Shown: positions 27,782-39,301, numbered from the stretch's first letter. The stretch is DNA of 64,000 nucleotides from Spironucleus salmonicida (GCF_000497125.1 NC_090599.1:1054001-1118000); one strand, 5' to 3'. The notes: generated by a model from the sequence alone, not told the origin. Numbers and translations: made by a program.

Positions 27782-28291
27782 ATGGACAAAATCACGGCGT
27801 ACGTGAAGAGCATCTAGGGGCTCACGGGCAGCATCGAGTTCGAGGAGCTGAGGAAGCTCTCGCAGAGCGTCCAGGTCGCCAAGACGGCCATAACCGCGGC
27901 GGTGGAGAACGAAGCCTAGCTGGCGAAGCTGGAGGGCGTGTACACGCAGATCAAGCAGGGGAACCAGTTCTTAGCGGAGTTCCTGGCCGAAAACGAGGAG
28001 AAGCTCGATGAGATCCACGGCCATAGCGAAGTGTTGAAGAAGCGTAACGGCAAGCTGGCGGTGGAGCAGTAGGACCTCCGGGTGCGCCTCCAGGGGCTGG
28101 TGGCGGCCAACTTTGACTTCGGGCTCGAGATCGGCTACAACCTGGCGGTGAGCGACATCGTGCGGGCCATGAGCGAGAAGCCACTGCACTCGGACGAGTT
28201 CTGGGGCGACGTGGTGGATAAGAGCGAGAGCGGGACGCATAAGATGGAGGGGCTCGAGCTGCTGAGCGAGAACTGCGAGGACCGGCAGTGA
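27782..28291 (+). CDS. 5'-truncated copy of 24719-25987 with in-frame ATG at the junction (169 aa)
   Basis: ATG GAC AAA ATC ACG GCG TAC... in frame to TGA at 28291. Confidence 0.5.
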
Positions 28292-28306
28292 GTGAGATTT
28301 CAAGAA

Positions 28307-28954
28307 TCACCAGTCGTAGTAGTCCCCGGATCGCGTCTCCGACGCGAGCGAGGTTACATCCGGCTCGGGCGCGCACGGCTGGCTGCTCTCGACGCAGCCG
28401 GGGCTCACATAGTGGGCGTGCTCCGCGAGCTGCTCAGGGGCCAGGAAGCTCGGGACCACAGCGGGTGGCGTCCTGCCAGTCTTCTGGCAGCTAGGGTGGA
28501 ACGCTACCGGGGTGCTCAGCACGCGGAGGTCGAAGATGAGGTACAGCCGCTGGCAGTGCTTCCGCACGCGGCCCTCGAGCCCGATGAAGCGGCTGAGCTC
28601 TGCCTATAGCGTGGTCTTGATGCCATCCATCTGCTGCGTGGGGGCGCTGCCGCCCTTGCCCTTGCTCTGCAGCTTCGCGGCCCGGTCGTAGTCCCCCACG
28701 AGGCGCTTAAACACCGCGACGTGAGTAAGCATCTCGCGCTCCAGCTCGTCTGCGGGCGCCTTGAGGGCCTCGAGGGCAACGTAGAGCGCGTTGGTGGCGG
28801 TGACGTTGAGGTCGTCGAGTGGCTTGCTGTGGATCTCCAGGGCCTGGACCTTCAGGAAGGTCTGCTGCAGCAGGGCTACCTGGGCAGCGCTCTGCTGGAG
28901 CATCTTGCGGATCGAGTAGTACAGCGGCTCGTACATGTCACTGAGATAAGACAT
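28307..28954 (-). CDS. Second copy of 24056-24703
   Basis: Same protein, inverted. Confidence 0.8.
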
Positions 28955-28999
28955 TTGGAGCGGATGCGCTCGGAGGCCCCCTCGGTGGTGTTTAAACAG

Positions 29000-29071
29000 G
29001 CCGTCGTAGCTCAGCGGTAGAGCATTGGACTTTTAATCCAATGGTCGCGGGTTCGATCCCCGTCGTCGGTA
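29000..29071 (+). tRNA. tRNA-Lys(TTT)
   Basis: TAGCTCAGCGGTAGAGC D-arm, CT-TTT-AA loop, GGTTCGATCCC, T-run. Confidence 0.95.
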
Positions 29072-29100
29072 CTTTTTCGGCGGCACCGTTGACACGCTGG

Positions 29101-29172
29101 GCCGCCCGGTCCACCCAGTACAGGGCGCGGGTGCGCGGCACCATCCAGGCCCTCGCGGCGCTGGGCCAGTGA
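29101..29172 (+). pseudogene. 3' remnant of the 16298-16600 gene
   Basis: Inverted copy of 23838-23909. Confidence 0.7.
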
Positions 29173-29605
29173 GCGGTGCGCCTTCCCTCCACTCTTTTAC
29201 TGCCTCTTCTTCCTTCACTGCACTCCTTATTGTATTCACTTCCTTCCTCCCTCCCTCCCTTCGCCGGTCAACCCAGGCGCACCGCCCTAGTCGAACCGGA
29301 AACTGCTGTAAACTTCGTTTTCGGTTTCGGAGTGATTTCAATTCCGCGAATGGGGCCGGTGCCTTGCTAGTCCCCCAACATCTACAGTGCGGGCTCTGCC
29401 TCGACCAGGCCCATTCGCCGAAATATCCCACTACGGGAGCGGCCGATCTGAAACCTCCCTAATACACATAGAATACCAGATTTTTGCGCGTACTTGAACG
29501 TCAGAAATTGGCGATATCCCTATTCTAGCCACTTAGTTTCCACATTACAATCACTGACTCTACCACCGTCCGGAAATAGCTTCCTGGGCCTCCGCCACTC
29601 CCCAA

Positions 29606-29881
29606 ATGCCGAAAGACGTATGGTCCTTCGACAAAATCCAGGAACTCGCCGACGCGGTAGCGGCCTACGGCGCCGACTTCGACCGGATTAGCAGCAAGGT
29701 CCTCCGCGGCATGACCAAGCGGCAGCTGCGCAACGCGTACTACAAGCTGCGCCGCGAGGACCCCCTGCTCTTCGCGGCGCCGCCCGCCCTGGCCAAGGCG
29801 CCGGTCCTGCTGTGGCCCATGAGCGAGGCCGACTCGGACCTCGCGCTGGAGCTGTTCGACGCCGACCTGTTTTGGGAGTGA
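29606..29881 (+). CDS. Myb/SANT-domain protein (copy 3)
   Basis: Identical protein to 17034-17309. Confidence 0.85.
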   Translation: MPKDVWSFDKIQELADAVAAYGADFDRISSKVLRGMTKRQLRNAYYKLRREDPLLFAAPPALAKAPVLLWPMSEADSDLALELFDADLFWE

Positions 29882-29997
29882 GCTATTTCGTCAGACGCCC
29901 GCGCCCGGCTGGCACTACCGCCGCGGTCGCCTCCCGCATTCCGGCGCGCGGGGTGAACTATATATGCTGGGCATAATATTCGCGGGAGCCCGCCGGA

Positions 29998-30330
29998 ATG
30001 GAACTCTCGCTCCACCAGTTCCGGCGCCTCGTGCGCGTGCAGGTGGGGGACCGCGTGTGGGTCTTCAGCGTGCAGAACTCCAACCCGCTGCGCGTCCAGC
30101 TCTTCGGGCTGCTGGTGCTCTCCCAGGCCGTGGCGTGCTAGGCCGCACAGGCGCTCGAGGTGAAGACGTCCTCCCACACCCTGTTCCGGCTCCGCGGCAC
30201 GAGGCGGAACCAGGACATCATCACCCGCATGGGGGACTTCTACCACCGCGTCGTCTTCCGGTACCAGCCGCGGCCGGACTTCCAGCACGCGGCGGCGGCG
30301 ACGATCCTGGACCTCCGGCAGGAGCTGTGA
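29998..30330 (+). CDS. Hypothetical protein, 110 aa (copy 3)
   Basis: Copy of 17426-17758 with a synonymous ACC/ACG change. Confidence 0.7.
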
Positions 30331-30750
30331 CAGAACGGTATCCGGGGTGGAGCTGCCTGGCCGGTCTGGATGCTGGGGCGGAGACTTCCTCGCACCCGGT
30401 ACGCGCCTTGGGGGCGGAGTCGTTGGACACGCGGCTGCCCAGAGTCCCCCATCCAGGGCCAGCGGAGAGGCCAGGCGTGTCCCCCACAATAGGGTAAATG
30501 AGGGGCATGTGTGATGGTAATTGCATAACTTAAAACAGTCATGATTTCAATTATATTTATACTATAATAATATTTTGGATGGTTTTAAAATAACAATAAT
30601 CAATAAATTTCTCCTTAAACCCCATATTCGCTTTATCAGAATATATCTAATACTATAATTTAAACTGGTAATTTAATTCTTATTTACTTGCTTTAAAAAC
30701 AAAGTATAATTTTTATATATTATACTTTATAATAATATTTTCCATTCTCA

Positions 30751-31107
30751 ATGTAATCTAAGATTATTAATATTAAGCCTTCCACAACAGGTGCACTTTC
30801 AATAAAACTGAATGTAATTAATGATGTATTATTATGCAAAAATAAAATATTGCAGATTGAAGGCATATTTCAGGCTGCATTTTAGCCATTATTTTTTACA
30901 GATGATTTTCAGTTTACTATAGAGATTGAAATAATACTATTTACAATTCAAGACAATCTTATCGCAGAAATATTTTAATAAATTTGTAATTGTTTGCTTT
31001 ACAGTAATATAAAAATACGTGATGTTCCATAAATTTAGATACATGAAAATCTATATATATTTACGGGAATTCACACACAATAAGTATTAGGTATATTTTC
31101 TATTTGA
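30751..31107 (+). CDS. Hypothetical protein, 118 aa; possible highly reduced RNase PH-like exosome subunit
   Basis: Open in code 6; TCCATTCTCA before ATG; IEIEIILFTIQDN...ICNCLLYSNIKIRD loosely matches the RNase PH domain-1 C-terminus. Confidence 0.45.
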
Positions 31108-31240
31108 GTTGAGTCTTTTATTAACTATTACCTTACATTCTCTGTATTTACTAAAAAATTACAAAATTTTAATTAAAAGTTCATTATTTTGGTTAATTAA
31201 TATATATTATCTCTAATATTATTCGAATTAAAATTATTCA

Positions 31241-31251
31241 TTCCACTCCAC
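31241..31251 (+). promoter_or_regulatory. TTCCACTCCAC motif upstream of RPL26
   Basis: 5 nt before ATG. Confidence 0.7.
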
Positions 31252-31256
31252 TTGCG

Positions 31257-31643
31257 ATGAAGTTCAATACTGCCGTATCTTCCTCTCGTTCTGTTAACAG
31301 AAAAGCTCACTTCAATGCCGACCGTCACGTACGTGCTTATAAGATGGCTGCCCCTCTTTCTAAGGAGCTTAAAACTGAACATAAAATCCGTGCTATGCCC
31401 GTTCGTGTTGGCGATATGGTCAAGGTTGTCAAAGGTTCTGAAAAAGTTCGTGTCGAAGGAAAGATCATCAGAGTAGACAGACTTACATATAAAGTTCATG
31501 TTGAAGGTGCAAATCATAAGCAGCGTTCTAACGAAGATAAAGCAAAGACCATCCCAGTCTCTCCTTCCAACTGCGTAATCACCAAGCTCCACATGAATGG
31601 TTCCAGAACTAAGAAGATTGCTTCCAAATCTAAGAAGGAATGA
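31257..31643 (+). CDS. RPL26: 60S ribosomal protein L26 (uL24)
   Basis: VSSSR..NRKAHFNA, APLSKEL, MPVR.GD.V.V, PSNCVITKL. Confidence 0.97.
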   Translation: MKFNTAVSSSRSVNRKAHFNADRHVRAYKMAAPLSKELKTEHKIRAMPVRVGDMVKVVKGSEKVRVEGKIIRVDRLTYKVHVEGANHKQRSNEDKAKTIPVSPSNCVITKLHMNGSRTKKIASKSKKE

Positions 31644-31746
31644 TTAATTATGTACTTATTTATAAATAAACAACTATTTCTAAAGCTAATTAATCTTATT
31701 TTATTTAAATATTATTGTCTAATTGTATACATATTATATATAATAT

Positions 31747-31818
31747 GCCGTCGTAGCTCAGCGGTAGAGCATTGGACTTTTAATCCAATGGTCGCGGGTT
31801 CGATCCCCGTCGTCGGTA
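31747..31818 (+). tRNA. tRNA-Lys(TTT)
   Basis: Same sequence as 29000-29071, in AT-rich flanks. Confidence 0.95.
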
Positions 31819-31960
31819 CTTTTTAAAATAAAAAGTTTATAAATTAATCGAAAAATTTTATTAATAAAAGACATAATATAATATTTCAGTTATAATAAGG
31901 TTAATTTGTCTGGATATAAGAAGGATTAAAACATATACAGAATTCGAAATTTCATCCACG

Positions 31961-32320
31961 TCGCAGCTGCAGTTCGAGTACGTGTACCGCCTGGAGCGCG
32001 GCTGCCAGGCGGGCGCCTACGTCCAGAAGACCCCGCCGCCACCGCGCCAGGAGGGCCGCGCGGACTTCTCCACCTACAAGCGGCGCTACGTGTTCGAGGT
32101 GCCGCCGGAGGTCCCGAAGCAACAGCTCCCGCGGTACGTGAACCTCTTCGCGCCCCGGCCCGAGACCGCTCCCGTCCCGCTGCGCCCTGCCTCGCCCCTC
32201 CGATCCCCGCTCTCGCCCGCACAGCGGCACCCCGCGGCCGTGTGCAAGAGCCGGCAGTTCCTGGCGTCCCGGCGCGCGGGCCTGAGCTCCCCGGTGCGGC
32301 TGCCCCCCGGTGCAGTCTGA
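31961..32320 (+). pseudogene. 3' half of the 52275-52931 gene
   Basis: No in-frame ATG between tRNA-Lys and the repeat start. Confidence 0.65.
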
Positions 32321-32528
32321 GCGGGCGGCTTCGCACGGCCCAGCCCGCCGCACGCCGCCACCTTCCACACTCCATGCGCGGAAGGGAGGAATGTGTCGGG
32401 CGGGGGCCCGTTGGCAGAGTACCAACTTTCCGAAAGAGGTCCGCTGCGCGAATACCCCCCGATATCGGCAGGCCCTTTCTACGGCTGGGGGACATCCCGC
32501 ATTCGGCCGAATACCCGCCGCGCCAGGA

Positions 32529-32918
32529 ATGAGCTAGTGGACCCCCGACGAGAAGACGGAGCTGGTGCGCCTCGTGTGCGATGCGCGCCTGGAGAGCGGC
32601 AGCGTGGACTGGGCGCGCCTCCAGGCCCGCTACCCGGGGCGGACCGTGCTGCAGGTCCAGCAGACCTACCAGAACATGACGCGGAAGGACAGCCTGGGCC
32701 GCACGTGCCGCGTGTGGAAGGCCAAGCACCTGCTGGCGGTGCAGGGGGCGTGCGTGGGCGGCCCCATCGACTGGCTGCGCCTGCGGCAGAGCCTGCCCGC
32801 CTTCGCCATGCAGGACATCATCGCCAAGGTGCGGCAGGTGCGGCGGGAGGGCTCCGACCCGGGGGAGCTGGGCCCGCCCCAGGAGCTGCTGCGGCTGCTG
32901 CGGCACGTGCTCGAGTGA
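32529..32918 (+). CDS. Two-repeat Myb-like protein, 129 aa
   Basis: MSQWTPDEKTELVRLV...VDWARLQARYPGRTVLQVQQTY, second repeat VWKAKH...IDWLRL; TAG=Gln at codon 3; ends GAGTGA. Confidence 0.8.
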
Positions 32919-32927
32919 ACGCCTCCC

Positions 32928-33740
32928 TCACTGGTCCACCTCCCCGAAGCGCCGCCACTGCACCACCAGGCTCGCGGCCTCCGTGCCGAACACGCCCCCG
33001 TGCGCGGCCACCAGCGCCTCCACGATGCGCTCCGCCCCCGACACGCCCAGCTGGTGCATGCCCCGGACCACCGCGGCCATGGGGATGCGGCGCTGGCCGA
33101 AGTAGGAGCGCCGGAGCAGCTGCAGGAAGCGCGCCCGCTGCTCCTCGCCGATGGAGCGCTCCGCGGCGCGCACGCCCTCCCGCGCCAGCTCCGCCCGCTC
33201 GAGGCGCTGCCGGTGCATGGACTGGGAGTGCTCGAGCCCGCTGTAGGTGTGCGTGTCCTGCTCGGCCTCCGCGGGCGCGATGAAGGGGTCGACGGCGTTG
33301 CGGAACACGGACCGCGCGTCGTGGAACGCCGCCAGGAAGGCCTCGAGCGCCGGCACGAAGCCCCCGGTGTCGTAGCGCCCGGGGTCCAGGCCGCGCTCCG
33401 CCAGCTGGGACCGCACGAAGTCCTGGATCGCGCGCTCGGTCTGGGCGACGAGCCCCTCGCGCTGCACGCCGAAGAAGACCTCGCGGAAGTACTTCAGGTG
33501 CTCCGGGGCGAGGTTGGAGCTGACGTTGAGGTTCCGGGCCGCGTTGCCGGCGTCCTCGCGGTAGGATCCCAGCCGCTCCAGCTCGGCGAGCGGCACCAGG
33601 TGGCGGCGGTAGTCGAAGGCGCGGGCGCGGGGGAACTTCTGCGCCACGACGTGGATCTGCTCCGCGCGCGTGAGGAACGCTGCGGCGTAGGCAGGGACGC
33701 GGGTCGCCCGGAACTGGATGCGGTCCAGAGTCTGGGCCAT
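32928..33740 (-). CDS. Hypothetical protein, 270 aa (GC-rich)
   Basis: MAQTLDRIQFRATRV...FGEVDQ*; near-saturated GC3; ends CAGTGA. Confidence 0.8.
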   Translation of the reverse strand: MAQTLDRIQFRATRVPAYAAAFLTRAEQIHVVAQKFPRARAFDYRRHLVPLAELERLGSYREDAGNAARNLNVSSNLAPEHLKYFREVFFGVQREGLVAQTERAIQDFVRSQLAERGLDPGRYDTGGFVPALEAFLAAFHDARSVFRNAVDPFIAPAEAEQDTHTYSGLEHSQSMHRQRLERAELAREGVRAAERSIGEEQRARFLQLLRRSYFGQRRIPMAAVVRGMHQLGVSGAERIVEALVAAHGGVFGTEAASLVVQWRRFGEVDQ

Positions 33741-33770
33741 TCGGAAGGGAGCAGAATGCAATGCGAAGGG

Positions 33771-34184
33771 TCACTCCACGCCGAACTCGGCCATGTCCAG
33801 CTCCTCGCCCTCGGCCAGGCTCACGCAGTACTCGCCCACCGCGTTGAAGCTGTCCAGCAGCTCCTCGTTCGCGCTGTGCTCCGCCCACCACAGGTGGCTC
33901 TCGCGCACGACGCCGTAGTAGGCCTGCACGCTCGCCTTGTCGGCCTTCGCCGCGAGCACGAGGCAGTCCAGCGCCGCGTTGGCGACCTCCTCGGACTTCG
34001 CGTCGCCCACGAACAGCCGCTCCAGCGCGGCCTCGTCCGGCTTCAGGGCCCGCGGCATGTCGCGGAACGCCAGGAAGGTGCACACCACCGGCAGGATCTC
34101 GCGGAAGGCGAAGCCGGCCTCGATCTGCAGGAAGCAGTTCTTCAGCCCCAGCACCGCCACCTCTGGCTCCGTGAACTGCAAAAC
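33771..34184 (-). pseudogene. 3' half of the 37643-38458 gene
   Basis: Homology stops at the IR3 edge; upstream sequence is unrelated AT-rich DNA. Confidence 0.7.
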
Positions 34185-34519
34185 GTAATTTTTCTCAGAA
34201 ATTCCTTTTATCTAACATCTAATTTCAACGCCATTATAATACGTAGCAAATAATATGTTAAATTTATTTTATAATTTTTATTTACAGTTATTAAAATATC
34301 ATTATATTCAAATGAATGCTAGCTATTTAATCAATTTATAGTGACATTATATTTGAGTTTTTCCGTAATATAATTTTTTCTTACTGATAACAATAAAAAT
34401 AATAGCCCTAATTAAATATAAATCGATAATACTACGTTAAAGCATTCCTATAGTATATACTGTACCTAAATTATTATTTATTTCTGCCTTTTATAATTAA
34501 TCTTCTTATATAGAATTCA

Positions 34520-35420
34520 ATTTCCACAATTAACAAATTTTCTCCACATACAGAAATTACTATTGGTATCTAAAGTATACCCATCTTTATATTCCATATT
34601 TATATGGTGAGGTTTAATTACAAGTAAGGCACCCTTTATAAATGTAAGTATCATACTTAACCTATAATAATTAACTTTCAGAAATTTAAAATATTTTAAG
34701 CATAATCTATGACCAAATAGTGGCATTTAACAAAATAATATGTTGTACTGTTCTGTGTTGCATAATATACGAATCTTTTGGAACAGATACTCGATATAAT
34801 ATTGCCCATAAGTATCCAATTTATAGACTGCCACATAATTTGGAATAGATTAATAAACTTTTCTTATGAGTTTAGCTTACAACTAATAGAACAGCTAGAA
34901 CACTATCTAAGATCTTCATGGTTGGATTAAACACCATGAGTCACTCCAGTACATCCATTGCTTGTCACATATTTTCCAATAGTTTGATTCATGAAATACA
35001 ATCCTTGCAGAAAGTGCACATCTCTAGACCCTATAAAGAGTGATATGCACATTTACTATCCGTTTTACATGTACTATTGACTATGCATTCTCTCCATCTA
35101 GGAGAACCATCAAAATTTGTTTTGCTGTCTATTTTTGACGAATGCTTACACTGTATCCATAAAATTTTAAGAAATAAATAACCTCAAAACTACTTCCCGT
35201 ATTACATTACATTTTATTTATTACAAGTAGAACATTTATTAATATTTTGTAGGGCTTTAAAGTACTGGAACTTATCTAATCACAAGAAGCATAATATTTT
35301 TCAGCATATCTGTTACATTTGCTATGATCTATTCCATCACAATCTGTCCATTACTTAATAACACAACATGTATTACCAGTAGTACAGCCTCTAATGTTGG
35401 CAGCAGCTTTAATTCTTTAG
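34520..35420 (-). pseudogene. Degraded cysteine-rich (CXXC) protein gene
   Basis: CTFCKDC, CSTC and CSSC fragments in different frames with in-frame TGA; boundaries approximate. Confidence 0.4.
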
Positions 35421-35963
35421 ATATCCTCCATCACCTCCGCTTACAAACTCAAATTTTTACTAACATGATTATAGTTTAAATGCACATCACAGTATGCTCA
35501 CCCATTTACTGTATCAACCGACCACTAGCGATAGGTAACAATTTATGTGCGAGTCATTTGAGGAAAGGTTGTCCAAATCCACGTTTACTAATTATATTTA
35601 AGCTAATTTTTAATATTATATGGGTTTCCCAATTAAATTATTTAAGAAGCAAAAATTCCATAATATACAAAACTCATTTTTCGATAACCTAAAACCATAC
35701 TTATCCAGAAATTATCGATTTCGTCGAATCCCTGGTGTTATTACCGCAACTAGCTACCAAAACTGCCTGAAACCCATTCCAATCCCCATTATTTCAGCTA
35801 AAATTTCTATTTTTCAGCCTCCCAAACCTTCTCCCAAGAATCCGCATTCTCCCAATAATTATTAGAAGTTCCATTTTGCTCAAAAGTCATTATATCACTA
35901 CTCCAAATTTCCCAAAAGCTCACTTTCCGCTCCCCTGCACACAAATAAATTCCAATTCAATTT

Positions 35964-37568
35964 TCATTTTTCATTCCCTTACACAAATCCCCTTCCTTCT
36001 TCCGCTTCCTTAATTTCCATTCTCCACTATTCGCTAACCCCTTCCTCATCAACTTTCCCTTCCTTTATTCGCTTTTTTACTTCCAATCCGCATGGCAAAA
36101 ACCGAATAATTTTTCCCAGGAAGTCTTTCAAGTTTCTGAGTGCCATGAAGCTGCAGACGCCGCGTGCGATTTCTTCGCCAATTTAACACATTTCGTGCAC
36201 GTGCCAGAAGCACTTTTTGCCCATCGTCTCGTAGCAGAAATAGTGCGTTTCCAGCGTGAACGAGAACGGAATTTTGCAAACTCGATGTGATATAACGCGC
36301 AGCGTACCGTCGAATCCCTCTCCTTTTTGATCGGTTTTTTCCATACTGCCATAAGAGAAATCGCATTTTGAGGTGTTGAAAAACGCGGAAGTTGTGATAG
36401 TTTTGCAGAAAAATAAGTTTAGAATCTGCTGGTTTGTGGGCGTTTGAAGTTCCAAATTTTGCTGTTTCGCGTCCGTCAGAATGTCATTTCCGAACAAAAC
36501 AGCGTTCAAAATGGACGCATGATTGTGGAAATCGATCAAAATGAGCGGTTTCTCGACGCTCAGCGTTCGGACGAGCGCCGTGTTCACAGGGAAGCGTTTT
36601 TCGTCGAATTGGTCGTACGAGCGGTTCAAATTCTGCGAAAGCGAGTCGCTGCGGTAGTTTCCGAGGTATACGCCGTCAGGATTCAGGCATGGAAAGAGCA
36701 GAATTTGGAAGTTGTCAAGAACCGGAATTTTAAAATTTACGGCCGAAATGACGATCGAATCGACTAAAAATGAAGACAAGGTCTCACCGGGGTGAACACG
36801 GCAGGAAAGCGCCAATTTGGGCGTATTTGGCTTAGAAATTATAGAGAATTTGAGGATTGGAAAGTTCAAAACTGTGCGGCCGATCTCTTGCTGAATTACG
36901 CGCAATTTGGCAGGAAATGAGCTTGAAAGGTACTTAATTCCGATGTATTTATAGTAAATGTGTGAAAGTGGATAAGGAGCGGAATATGAAATTTGAATCA
37001 GATTCTAGCTTGAAATCGCAAAAATTACCACTTTCTCATCATCATCGTCAACCGCTTAAATTGCTGAAGAGGCAATGCAAAATGGCACTTATTGATAGTC
37101 TGGGATTAGTTCATTTACTTCTATTAAGCGCTCATCCAAAATTTACAATTCTTCTATTATTTTATCGTGAATAGTCGGATACTTGTAAAAATCTCTACGG
37201 GTTTTTGTGGGGTTTAGATGTCTGAAAGTTGGTCTAAACAGGTTTTGAATAAGTCTGGTGGTTTTTGGCGGAGTTTTCCAGATGAAAATAAGGTTTTTGG
37301 TTGGTTGGTTTTCAGGAGTTTTTAAGCTGAGAAAGTCCACCAGATTTAAATCATTATCGTGTTGAATTTCCGATGGTCGCAAAAGAACGTTAAAATATGA
37401 CCTAAATGTTGATGTTCCATTATCTACATCGTTATAAAGGTTGAAATACACGTTCTCGTTGCTAGGGAGCTACTACAAAGCTTTTTCGGTAACAAATTTA
37501 GGTTTCTTTATTTACTCGATAGTTGCACAATTTCCAGAGTCGAACTTTGAAGTCCATGCCCAGTTCAT
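35964..37568 (-). CDS. Cytosolic carboxypeptidase (M14, CCP/AGBL tubulin deglutamylase family), 534 aa
   Basis: FDSGN, RVHPGE, LNPDGV..GNYR, NLNR, IDFHNH, FTLE. Confidence 0.9.
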
Positions 37569-37642
37569 TTTTAGCAAATTATATATATTTTCGTATTATT
37601 ATGTGTTAATTAAGAAATATATCCTCAACCCACTCCCCAAAA

Positions 37643-38458
37643 ATGTACGACTATAAAACGCTTTAAAACCTTATGGAAATTGCGCAAACTTCCCAAAATT
37701 TACTACCAGACCTTGACTATAAATCACTTATACACCTTTCCATAACAATTCCAAAAACAGATGACTAATTATTGTGTGCTGCCGAAGCAGTGAAACTCTT
37801 GGCAGTCCTTTCCCAGTACACGTCGCACTGCAATAGTTTAGCCAAGTAGTCGAATTTTGCCAAGTTTTTACCCTTCCTAATCAGCAGGTTTAAGGCCGCA
37901 AAGAACGAGTTTCGCGGAATCTTCAGAGCACTGTTGGTGAACTTTTCAGTCCACGACAACACGTGCAAGAAGCTATGCAAGCTGGAGTGGGTCACACCAG
38001 AAATGGCAATGAATTGCTCCAGGTTTGAGCCAGATGCGCGTAAGGTTTTGCAGTTCACGGAGCCAGAGGTGGCGGTGCTGGGGCTGAAGAACTGCTTCCT
38101 GCAGATCGAGGCCGGCTTCGCCTTCCGCGAGATCCTGCCGGTGGTGTGCACCTTCCTGGCGTTCCGCGACATGCCGCGGGCCCTGAAGCCGGACGAGGCC
38201 GCGCTGGAGCGGCTGTTCGTGGGCGACGCGAAGTCCGAGGAGGTCGCCAACGCGGCGCTGGACTGCCTCGTGCTCGCGGCGAAGGCCGACAAGGCGAGCG
38301 TGCAGGCCTACTACGGCGTCGTGCGCGAGAGCCACCTGTGGTGGGCGGAGCACAGCGCGAACGAGGAGCTGCTGGACAGCTTCAACGCGGTGGGCGAGTA
38401 CTGCGTGAGCCTGGCCGAGGGCGAGGAGCTGGACATGGCCGAGTTCGGCGTGGAGTGA
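37643..38458 (+). CDS. Hypothetical helical protein, 271 aa
   Basis: CCACTCCCCAAAA before ATG; open in code 6; ends GAGTGA. Confidence 0.8.
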
Positions 38459-38488
38459 CCCTTCGCATTGCATTCTGCTCCCTTCCGA

Positions 38489-39301
38489 ATGGCCCAGACT
38501 CTGGACCGCATCCAGTTCCGGGCGACCCGCGTCCCTGCCTACGCCGCAGCGTTCCTCACGCGCGCGGAGCAGATCCACGTCGTGGCGCAGAAGTTCCCCC
38601 GCGCCCGCGCCTTCGACTACCGCCGCCACCTGGTGCCGCTCGCCGAGCTGGAGCGGCTGGGATCCTACCGCGAGGACGCCGGCAACGCGGCCCGGAACCT
38701 CAACGTCAGCTCCAACCTCGCCCCGGAGCACCTGAAGTACTTCCGCGAGGTCTTCTTCGGCGTGCAGCGCGAGGGGCTCGTCGCCCAGACCGAGCGCGCG
38801 ATCCAGGACTTCGTGCGGTCCCAGCTGGCGGAGCGCGGCCTGGACCCCGGGCGCTACGACACCGGGGGCTTCGTGCCGGCGCTCGAGGCCTTCCTGGCGG
38901 CGTTCCACGACGCGCGGTCCGTGTTCCGCAACGCCGTCGACCCCTTCATCGCGCCCGCGGAGGCCGAGCAGGACACGCACACCTACAGCGGGCTCGAGCA
39001 CTCCCAGTCCATGCACCGGCAGCGCCTCGAGCGGGCGGAGCTGGCGCGGGAGGGCGTGCGCGCCGCGGAGCGCTCCATCGGCGAGGAGCAGCGGGCGCGC
39101 TTCCTGCAGCTGCTCCGGCGCTCCTACTTCGGCCAGCGCCGCATCCCCATGGCCGCGGTGGTCCGGGGCATGCACCAGCTGGGCGTGTCGGGGGCGGAGC
39201 GCATCGTGGAGGCGCTGGTGGCCGCGCACGGGGGCGTGTTCGGCACGGAGGCCGCGAGCCTGGTGGTGCAGTGGCGGCGCTTCGGGGAGGTGGACCAGTG
39301 A
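38489..39301 (+). CDS. Second copy of 270-aa hypothetical protein
   Basis: Same protein as 32928-33740. Confidence 0.8.
   Translation: MAQTLDRIQFRATRVPAYAAAFLTRAEQIHVVAQKFPRARAFDYRRHLVPLAELERLGSYREDAGNAARNLNVSSNLAPEHLKYFREVFFGVQREGLVAQTERAIQDFVRSQLAERGLDPGRYDTGGFVPALEAFLAAFHDARSVFRNAVDPFIAPAEAEQDTHTYSGLEHSQSMHRQRLERAELAREGVRAAERSIGEEQRARFLQLLRRSYFGQRRIPMAAVVRGMHQLGVSGAERIVEALVAAHGGVFGTEAASLVVQWRRFGEVDQ

Larger units (their letters stand above)
27785..30504. repeat. Inverted repeat IR2 right arm (29114-30504 also a direct repeat of 16542-17896)
   Basis: Reverse complement of 22542-25225. Confidence 0.95.
31961..33686. repeat. Inverted repeat IR4 left arm (partner 50909-52634)
   Basis: Coordinate sum 84595; few SNPs. 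Confidence 0.9.
32712..34184. repeat. Inverted repeat IR3 left arm (partner 38045-39517)
   Basis: Coordinate sum 72229. Confidence 0.9.

Noticed and set aside
31926-34253. Long alternative-frame and antisense ORFs (326, 296, 421, 417 aa) and their copies
   Set aside because: Shadow ORFs of GC-saturated genes; Arg/Gly/Ala/Pro-rich with no motifs
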